A stretch of 64,000 nucleotides of DNA from a virus. Taxonomy: Duplodnaviria; Caudoviricetes. Below the pieces are notes generated by a model. It did no database searches, was not told the origin of the DNA, and saw only the letters and a program-made list of their open reading frames with translations. The translations under genes and the position numbers were made by a program. Position 1 is the stretch's first letter. Each line of letters begins with the position of its first letter. Positions 57,025 to 64,000 of the stretch are shown here, in pieces. The stretch covers positions 35,701 through 99,700 of IMG/VR virus record IMGVR_UViG_3300027813_000007; one strand, written 5' to 3'.

Positions 57025-57744
57025 ATGAAAAGTATATTATTAACGATTACGGCAACCTTAATGTTATTAGGTTGTAATAAAAATGATGAAAATCATAATA
57101 GAGATAGAGGGGTATTAAGAATACATAACGGAGTATATGCATTCTGTGGAGCGTCAAGTGCGGTACCAACAGGTAATAAAATTATAGTACAGGGTGTTGA
57201 ATACGATGAAGGTTGTGCTATCTGTCCTGTGTTAGATGGGCCGTCAATCGCTAGTTTAGCGATGGAAGGTGTAAGTCCTAGTTGGGCTAAAGTAACAGGT
57301 ACTGACGGTGAGTTTAATACAAAGAAAGATTTTGAATACCCAGGAAACGATGGGAGTACTATATGGAATGAAAAATATGTGTGGTCCTACTTTTGGTATT
57401 TTGATTCATCAGACACTATACCACAATTTAATCCTAAGACTAAAGATTGGGAATGGTCAGCACCGGTAAATCGTTCATTCATCATCAATATGGATTCGGC
57501 ACAAACAAGTGAAAGTAATATGTTTGCGATGCCAGGTGTTATTTTTGATACTACATCAACAGGTATTGTATTAGCTAAAGTATATGGTCCACTTAATGAA
57601 GCGGCAGTTCCGTTACGTAAAGCGGTTCCAGTAAAGAACGGTGAAAAATCAGTTACGGCAGCTAAAGAAGGTTCACCGTATCCGGTAGGTACACCAATTC
57701 CTGAAGGTGGAGAATCATCAGAATGTTGCTCTAAAGAAAAATAA
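57025..57744 (+). CDS. lipoprotein, Cys-containing
   Basis: LLGC lipobox. Confidence 0.7.
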   Translation: MKSILLTITATLMLLGCNKNDENHNRDRGVLRIHNGVYAFCGASSAVPTGNKIIVQGVEYDEGCAICPVLDGPSIASLAMEGVSPSWAKVTGTDGEFNTKKDFEYPGNDGSTIWNEKYVWSYFWYFDSSDTIPQFNPKTKDWEWSAPVNRSFIINMDSAQTSESNMFAMPGVIFDTTSTGIVLAKVYGPLNEAAVPLRKAVPVKNGEKSVTAAKEGSPYPVGTPIPEGGESSECCSKEK

Positions 57745-57752
57745 AATAAAAA

Positions 57753-59165
57753 ATGATTAAACAAATGAACAAAACATTATTAACATTAGTATGTGGATTA
57801 CTCATTATGAGTTGTAATCCTAAAGAAAAGTTAACCTTCAATGAGATGGTTGAAAAAACAGAGTTTTCTGCTAAAGAAATTAACGAAGCTGCGTTATTCT
57901 ATGAATCAAATGCGACTAAAGAACTTAATCAAGTAAGGTCAGTATTTGAAGGTGTAAAAAACACTACAATTGAAGTGGTATGTACATCCAAAGGTAAAGT
58001 GGTAACCAAAGTTATCAAAGAACCTTTTATGGAAGATGAGGTGATTAAGTTACCTGTTAAACTTACATTAGAAGAGGCGGAGCAATTACTATTAGATGCT
58101 GGTTACGATAATGGTGTTGAAGGTGTGGCTGATTGGTCTGAGGTAGTATTAAGAAGACCATTAGAACCAGGATTCAATGTTGCTCAATATATCTTCACAA
58201 CAAGTAAGGGATTTGTAAGTGTAGATGCTACGACAGGTAAAGTTACACCTGTTGGTTTAGAAGGGTGTCCGTGTCCATTTAAAGACCCGTGTATATGTCC
58301 TGAGGAATTAACTCAAACTACTTTTATACCTGAATTTGATGTTGATTATCAAAAATGTGGGTCTAACCCTGTAGTTAGTTCTGGAGGTGTAAGTTTCGGT
58401 ACAGAAGGAAATCCTGCTGCGGGTAGAGTGTGTTCAAAAAATGGATATAAAAATATCAGTAAAATTGAAGTTGACATTGACTTATCAGGGTTACAACAAA
58501 ATGACGGGTGGACTGGAGATTACTTAAATGCTGCGATGTACTTAGTTACTAGTGATGTACAACCTATTGGTGATAAATACTGTGATGCAGAATATGAAAA
58601 ATGTGATTTTTGTAATGAGATTGATTTATTAGAAACTAATGGTAATAAAATGTTTCAACATACGTTACATTTAGACACAGTTAAAAAAGGTAAACAAAGA
58701 TGGGAAGTCTCATATACCGAAGCTGCGAATACTGACTGTTGGAATTGGGATGAAATGACATCATCAACACTTGGTGGAGTTCATAGTTTAGTTGGTAAGA
58801 TTGACCCAACTAAACCATTTCATATGGTAACAGTTTTTAATGATGACTATACTAATATGGTAATTACACTTTCTCAAGGAGATAGTAGTGTTAAAGTATT
58901 TGATATGACTGACTTATCTGTTGGTGATGGCTCTTCTTTAGATATGTCTATGTTGAAAGATGGGATGGAAGTCGGATGGTGGTTTACACCTTCTTATCAT
59001 GGTGATTGGTCACCTGGTGATGACGAACCTACTAAGTGGTACAAAGATAATGGAGGTGAATGTTCACACGGTACTCTATGTAATTACACTAAAGATTCAG
59101 TTGAATATAAAGGTGGAGGATGGAGTTTCTCTAATTTAGTTGTTACTGCAGAATCTCAACTATAA
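57753..59165 (+). CDS. lipoprotein with PepSY-like domain and C-terminal GH7/GH16-like jelly-roll catalytic domain
   Basis: IMSC lipobox; LTLEEAE..VSVDATTGKV; LNAAMYLV, YCDA, CNEIDLLETN, IDPTKPFHMVTVF, FSNL. Confidence 0.65.
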   Translation: MIKQMNKTLLTLVCGLLIMSCNPKEKLTFNEMVEKTEFSAKEINEAALFYESNATKELNQVRSVFEGVKNTTIEVVCTSKGKVVTKVIKEPFMEDEVIKLPVKLTLEEAEQLLLDAGYDNGVEGVADWSEVVLRRPLEPGFNVAQYIFTTSKGFVSVDATTGKVTPVGLEGCPCPFKDPCICPEELTQTTFIPEFDVDYQKCGSNPVVSSGGVSFGTEGNPAAGRVCSKNGYKNISKIEVDIDLSGLQQNDGWTGDYLNAAMYLVTSDVQPIGDKYCDAEYEKCDFCNEIDLLETNGNKMFQHTLHLDTVKKGKQRWEVSYTEAANTDCWNWDEMTSSTLGGVHSLVGKIDPTKPFHMVTVFNDDYTNMVITLSQGDSSVKVFDMTDLSVGDGSSLDMSMLKDGMEVGWWFTPSYHGDWSPGDDEPTKWYKDNGGECSHGTLCNYTKDSVEYKGGGWSFSNLVVTAESQL

Positions 59166-59238
59166 GTTCAATAAAAAATAATAACTTTGTCCAGTTTATT
59201 CACGAGAAAACGAGACAAAACATAAAGAAACAAAACAA

Positions 59239-59667
59239 ATGAAAGTAAAATTTACAACAAGTAAAGGTGACATGGTTGCCGAACTATTCAACGACGCAAC
59301 ACCAAAGACAGTCGATAACTTCACTAAACTAATTGGTGAAGGATTTTATAATAAAATGAAATTCCATAGAGTGATACCAAATTTTATGGTACAAGGTGGT
59401 TGTCCTAAAGGTAATGGTACTGGTGGTTCAGGAACTAAAATAATGTGTGAACATAGAGGGGCGGACAAACAACGACATGATAGAGGAACATTATCGATGG
59501 CACATGCGGGACCAAACACAGGTAGTTCACAATTCTTCATTTGTCATAACCGACAAGGTACACAGCATTTAGACGGACAACATACCGCGTTTGGTACTGT
59601 AGTTGAAGGGTTAGATATCTTAGATACTATTGGTCAAGGAGATACTTTTAGTATTTCACTTATCTAA
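59239..59667 (+). CDS. cyclophilin-type peptidyl-prolyl isomerase
   Basis: FHRVIPNFMVQGG, GTLSMAHAGPNTGSSQFFI, HLDGQHTAFG. Confidence 0.93.
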   Translation: MKVKFTTSKGDMVAELFNDATPKTVDNFTKLIGEGFYNKMKFHRVIPNFMVQGGCPKGNGTGGSGTKIMCEHRGADKQRHDRGTLSMAHAGPNTGSSQFFICHNRQGTQHLDGQHTAFGTVVEGLDILDTIGQGDTFSISLI

Positions 59668-59697
59668 ATAATGTATACGTAACTGATTATGAATTTT

Positions 59698-59732
59698 AAG
59701 ACCCTCATCAGAAATGGTGGGGGTTTTCTTTT
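59698..59732 (+). terminator. intrinsic terminator
   Basis: GACCCTCATCA-GAAA-TGGTGGGGGTT followed by a T-rich run. Confidence 0.7.
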
Positions 59733-59750
59733 GTTGGTATATTTATTGGT

Positions 59751-60173
59751 ATGAAGTCATATTTTATAAAGATAAAAGAAACACTTTTATATTACGATAT
59801 ACAACCACTGTTATTTTTTTGGATAGCGAGTGATTTATTAAATAATATGGTGTTATGGACAACACCCACCTATTGGGAAGATGCCGGACAACCTAACACT
59901 TATTGGTTGTATATGTCTTATTTTGTTTTAAGTTTATCGATGTTAGTGACTTTGAATAGTATCAAATGGTTATCAAGAGCGGTTACAGGTTACCTTTTAC
60001 TTACGTTATTCTCAACGGTAAGATACGTTGTAAATATTTTTAGTGATTCAGGTGAACCTTTTGGGGTTATGGATGTTAAGAATTTAATAATTACTATGTG
60101 GTATGCGTTTATGTGGTCATGGATATTGTTTAAATTAAAAAGAGAAATCTTATATAAATCATTAAAGAAATGA
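59751..60173 (+). CDS. multi-TM membrane protein
   Basis: about four hydrophobic helices; TATTTAT at 59740. Confidence 0.65.
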   Translation: MKSYFIKIKETLLYYDIQPLLFFWIASDLLNNMVLWTTPTYWEDAGQPNTYWLYMSYFVLSLSMLVTLNSIKWLSRAVTGYLLLTLFSTVRYVVNIFSDSGEPFGVMDVKNLIITMWYAFMWSWILFKLKREILYKSLKK

Positions 60174-60457
60174 GTGAACAATTAACGACTATTATTATTA
60201 CTACATTAACAGTTGCTGGAGGAGCAGGAGCATGGAAATTCTATGAGTTTTTAATTCGTAATAAGAGAGAAAAACATAAAGAAGAATTGTCTGAACAGAA
60301 TATGTACCGTGACGATTTACGTACAAGAGTTGAAAAACTTGAAAACGATAAAGATGAGTGCACAACTTCATTAAGAGATTTGAGTTCTGAATTAGCGTCA
60401 ATTAGAGTTAAATTAGATTTTTTAGAAAGAGAAAATGATAGATTAAAGTATCGTTAA
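60170..60457 (+). CDS. single-TM coiled-coil protein (holin-like)
   Basis: N-terminal TM segment, then heptad repeats. Confidence 0.55.
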   Translation: MSEQLTTIIITTLTVAGGAGAWKFYEFLIRNKREKHKEELSEQNMYRDDLRTRVEKLENDKDECTTSLRDLSSELASIRVKLDFLERENDRLKYR

Positions 60458-60497
60458 TAGTTAACAATTAAAGGATAATGTGTATCTTTGTTTTATT

Positions 60498-60779
60498 ATG
60501 GAAGAACTAATATTAAAATTGTCTGATATTGAAGAAATTAACTTTACAACAATCGTCAATGAAGTGATTGAGTCCGATTGTAGAGAAGAGGCGAGTAAGA
60601 TTGTTAGTCACTATATTAATGGTGACTTTTTAATGCGCTTTAGTTTATTAGTATTATATAGTATGTATTTAACTAAGGATATTGACAAATTTATTTTGAA
60701 GTTAGATAATTTAAAGATAAAACTAATTAAAGAAAATTTAATACCTGAGATTGGATGCTTCGGTACAACAATTGATTAA
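60498..60779 (+). CDS. hypothetical protein
   Basis: ATG at 60498 behind TATCTTTG (60483). Confidence 0.55.
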   Translation: MEELILKLSDIEEINFTTIVNEVIESDCREEASKIVSHYINGDFLMRFSLLVLYSMYLTKDIDKFILKLDNLKIKLIKENLIPEIGCFGTTID

Positions 60780-60784
60780 ACTAA

Positions 60785-61162
60785 ATGAAGGCAATAATAG
60801 CGGTTAATAATCTTGGTTTTATTGGGTTAGGTGATAAGTTACTTTGGCACAATAAAAAAGATTTAATTCATTTTAAACGTATGACACATGGTGATACGTT
60901 ATTAGTAGGTTACAGAACCTCAAAGGCCTTACCGACACTACCAGGTAGAGATTTAGTTATTGTTGATAGACGAGATAGTTCAATATTACACTATTATGAC
61001 TCTGATTGGTGTATAGGAGGTAAAAGAACATATGAGAGATTTTGTGAATCATTTACGGAGTTACATATATCTCATATCGATAATAATGAAATTGGGGATG
61101 TAACGTTTCCTAATCTAAGTAGGCTGAATCCTAAATGTAAGATTTATAACTACAACTTTTAA
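60785..61162 (+). CDS. folA: dihydrofolate reductase (short form)
   Basis: AIIAV..GFIG..LLWH..DLIHFK..T..VGYRT..LPGR, IGG..Y, GDVTFP. Confidence 0.85.
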   Translation: MKAIIAVNNLGFIGLGDKLLWHNKKDLIHFKRMTHGDTLLVGYRTSKALPTLPGRDLVIVDRRDSSILHYYDSDWCIGGKRTYERFCESFTELHISHIDNNEIGDVTFPNLSRLNPKCKIYNYNF

Positions 61163-61175
61163 ACAATAAAAAAAT

Positions 61176-62033
61176 ATGAAAAATTTATTACTATTATTAA
61201 TCGTACTTCTAACGACAAGTTGTGCGACATTCACAGTATCAACATTAAACCATGACCCAATATACGATGATGAAAATTACTATGTGGTTGAGAACAATGT
61301 AAATGTAGATACATTAAATGAATTCCAATTTAGAAATAAACTTAGAACGGATTTTAATTTTAGGTACGACTTTGCTCAATATGCCCTACGACAACCTAGT
61401 TCATTCGATTGGAACAATAGAGTATTGGGTAATAGATATAATTTTTATAGTCCATATGGGTTTGGTTACAACTCATATTGGAATAGAGACCAGATGTGGA
61501 TGGATTGGGTATGGGGATATGATGGTTGGAATTCTTGGGGTTCTCCTCATCGATGGTCACCATTTGGATATGATAGATGGGGATATAATCTACACTATGG
61601 TTGGAATAACCACGGATGGGGTTATAATGGATACTACAGTAATGGATGGAATTACTATGGGTGGAATAATTACGGTCAAAATAATTGGTACGGAAGACGA
61701 GGTAGAAACAATGTATCATACGTCAATGGCCGAAGAGGTAGTACTATGAGTATACGAGATAGAATAGGACAAGGGGCGATGATTGAGTCAACTAAACCAA
61801 GAGTTAATGTTACTAAACCAAGAGTTAATAACACAAGACCAAGAGTTAATGTTACTAAACCAAGAGTTAATAACACAAGACCTGTAATTAATAATAGTCG
61901 TCCTGTTAATAACACAAGACCTGTAATTAATAATAGTCGTCCTGTTAACAATACAAGACCCATAATTAATAATAGTCGACCAACAGTTCGACCAAGTAGA
62001 ACTAATAAAGTTGACAATAGAAGAAAAGATTAA
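61176..62033 (+). CDS. lipoprotein with W/Y/G/N-rich region and Arg/Pro/Asn-repeat tail
   Basis: TTSC lipobox; low-complexity composition. Confidence 0.7.
   Translation: MKNLLLLLIVLLTTSCATFTVSTLNHDPIYDDENYYVVENNVNVDTLNEFQFRNKLRTDFNFRYDFAQYALRQPSSFDWNNRVLGNRYNFYSPYGFGYNSYWNRDQMWMDWVWGYDGWNSWGSPHRWSPFGYDRWGYNLHYGWNNHGWGYNGYYSNGWNYYGWNNYGQNNWYGRRGRNNVSYVNGRRGSTMSIRDRIGQGAMIESTKPRVNVTKPRVNNTRPRVNVTKPRVNNTRPVINNSRPVNNTRPVINNSRPVNNTRPIINNSRPTVRPSRTNKVDNRRKD
61791..61985 (+). repeat. coding tandem repeats (TKPRVNV/NTRPRVN and NTRPVINNSRPVN)
   Basis: directly visible 42-nt and 39-nt units. Confidence 0.8.
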
Positions 62034-62045
62034 TATACTTAACAT

Positions 62046-62501
62046 ATGATAGTAATCGACCACAAAACATTTAAAGATAATAGAGGAAGTTATACTCCGA
62101 TGGAGTTAGACATAATGGGAAAAGAATGGACACAATGTTCTATTTCAATTAATGATGGTAGATATACCTTTAGAGGTTTACATTACCAAACAGACCCACC
62201 ACAAGAGAAATACGTTAAGGTTATTCGTGGTTCAATCATAGACATCGCTTATGATTTAGAAACTCATAAGACACAACACGTAATTGTAAATGAAGGGAAC
62301 GCAGTTTACTTACATGATGAGTATGCTCACGGGTTCTTAACTTTAGAACCTGACACAATCGTTGTCTATATGGTTAAGGGAGAATACTCACCTGAGTCAG
62401 AACATTCAATCGTATGGAAAGACATTCCTGAAGTTAAATCTATTATAGAAGAGTTTACCGATAACCCAATAATCTCAGACAAAGATAATGAAGGAAAATA
62501 A
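62046..62501 (+). CDS. rmlC: dTDP-4-dehydrorhamnose 3,5-epimerase-like
   Basis: DNRGSY, FRGLHYQ..PQEKYV.VIRGSI.D, YAHGFLTLE, YSPESE..I.W. Confidence 0.85.
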   Translation: MIVIDHKTFKDNRGSYTPMELDIMGKEWTQCSISINDGRYTFRGLHYQTDPPQEKYVKVIRGSIIDIAYDLETHKTQHVIVNEGNAVYLHDEYAHGFLTLEPDTIVVYMVKGEYSPESEHSIVWKDIPEVKSIIEEFTDNPIISDKDNEGK

Positions 62502-63513
62502 ATTAACAACTCACCAAATATTTTTAAGAATCTCTATAGTTTTACTCACTACTTTGTGGTCCATAATTTTTATATCTTCGTGTAATAATAGTGAAAATGA
62601 AATTGATAGTACTACTTTAAATAAAGTTAACGTATTATGGGAAAATGAGTCATACCATAGTTTAGGTTTTGCTGATAATATTATCTCGATTAATCCTGAT
62701 AAATTTGTGTTGAATATGGACGGACCAGGGTCTTTTGATAAGGTTAATACTGGCCCCACATTAAAAGAGTTACAGGTATTCATAAAGTATTTGAGAACAA
62801 ATGGATGGAATGGTAAATTAGTAATGCATCCTGACTGTGCGAAAGAGGAATACCAACACGATTGGAATGGTAAGAAGGGATTACCAAAGATAGACACAAT
62901 AAAAGGTAATGATAGTTGGAAAGTTTACGTTACATATTTTAATCAAATACAAGATTCATTACCAAAGGGAAATAAGTTTAGTGAGTTAATGATTGAGACT
63001 GAAAACGCTTATTTTATGTCTTATGATACAATTATTGGACATAAAAAGGATTCACTTATAAAATGGCAAACTAAAGATTCATTATTCCCTAAAGTAAAAA
63101 AGTTTATTAAGGACCCTAATGTTAAGTTATCAACCACGAGTGATTGGGTACCTAATTGGACTAATTGGAAAGGTATTGATTACTATTACGCTCAGATGTA
63201 TGATATGGCATATAAGTACTCTTATTTAGGTGGTTATAACAAATATAGTGTTGGTAGAGCGGATACCTTAATTAAATATATGAAACCAGCAATGGAAGTT
63301 CAGAAAAATATGGTAGGTAATAATGTTTTCTTTATCTTTACCTATTCTGATTTAGAAGGGTCACCACATTTCGACGCGCCTATGTTCGGTGAGAAAAAAT
63401 ATGTTTGGAAACAAAAAGAATTTATGGAGTTTAATAAAAAGTTTAAAGCAACATTCCCCAATCAATCGAATACAGGGATATGGAGTGTTGAGGACGCATT
63501 TAAAAATTGGTAA
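62488..63513 (+). CDS. lipoprotein with TIM-barrel glycoside hydrolase-like domain (GH18-like)
   Basis: ISSC lipobox; LMIETE, DYYYAQMYD, GIWS. Confidence 0.5.
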   Translation: MKENKLTTHQIFLRISIVLLTTLWSIIFISSCNNSENEIDSTTLNKVNVLWENESYHSLGFADNIISINPDKFVLNMDGPGSFDKVNTGPTLKELQVFIKYLRTNGWNGKLVMHPDCAKEEYQHDWNGKKGLPKIDTIKGNDSWKVYVTYFNQIQDSLPKGNKFSELMIETENAYFMSYDTIIGHKKDSLIKWQTKDSLFPKVKKFIKDPNVKLSTTSDWVPNWTNWKGIDYYYAQMYDMAYKYSYLGGYNKYSVGRADTLIKYMKPAMEVQKNMVGNNVFFIFTYSDLEGSPHFDAPMFGEKKYVWKQKEFMEFNKKFKATFPNQSNTGIWSVEDAFKNW

Positions 63514-63514
63514 T

Positions 63515-63913
63515 ATGAAAAGAAAATATTTATGGTTAATTCCTACTATTTTAATAACGTTAATCATTGTACGACAAATAGTTATACGACAAACAGGTGA
63601 TGAGTTAAGTTATATTGAGAAAGTAATAAAAAAACATAACAGCATCAAAGATTCTTGGACTAATGTTAAACATCCCACAGTTCCTAAACCAGCAAGTAGT
63701 CAGTCTACAGTTATTTACGGTGATAGTGTTAGAGTTATACCTAAGATTAAAAAACAAATTAACGAGGACTCATTAAATAATGACACCAACATAATAGATT
63801 GGTTTATCGATGAAGGCGAATTATATATCTACACTAAACAAGATTCAATTAAGGATGAAATCGAAAGATGGAATTATATTAGAAGTTTAGATGAAGAGGG
63901 CTGGGAGGAATAA
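63515..63913 (+). CDS. membrane-anchored hypothetical protein
   Basis: ATG at 63515 (MKRKYLWLIPTILITLII...). Confidence 0.55.
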   Translation: MKRKYLWLIPTILITLIIVRQIVIRQTGDELSYIEKVIKKHNSIKDSWTNVKHPTVPKPASSQSTVIYGDSVRVIPKIKKQINEDSLNNDTNIIDWFIDEGELYIYTKQDSIKDEIERWNYIRSLDEEGWEE

Positions 63914-64000
63914 GTGCGAGCCACTAACAGAAAGATTACATTAAATCATTTGGATAAGGAATACCGTACATGAAAGATTCGGTGTAGTCTCTATGTTCAG

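Noticed and set aside
1-64000. Alternative genetic code (stop-codon reassignment), as in some large phages
   Set aside because: Conserved genes (thyA, glnII, dnaJ, sigma) are full length in code 11 and coding density is high

Overview
AT-rich (roughly 70% A+T by eye), gene-dense segment, mostly on the + strand, in the standard genetic code. It is most consistent with a large (jumbo) tailed phage infecting Bacteroidota. Evidence: a Bacteroidota-type sigma70, TAnnTTTG promoters, A-rich start regions without Shine-Dalgarno sites, Bacteroidota-style lipoproteins, S74-chaperoned fibres, a lysozyme, two DNA methyltransferases, and ThyA, DHFR, GSII, DnaJ, thioredoxin and cyclophilin genes. Highlights: (1) three tandem giant Lys-rich collagen fibre genes with near-identical helix lengths (~1040-1055 aa) and the same internal repeat layout, suggesting a heterotrimeric ~300 nm phage collagen, with a PLOD/LH3-type collagen glycosyltransferase about 6 kb upstream; (2) an ~850-nt highly structured ncRNA (GOLLD-like) with its own promoter, boxA and terminator; (3) a family of proteins with a shared N-terminal 'I/L-x-E' leader behind a TATTTAT motif, probably head-packaged cargo; (4) a GH7-like domain in a lipoprotein, a degenerate MetK and an apparently inactive amidase. 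All family assignments come from recognising motifs by eye; no searches were run.
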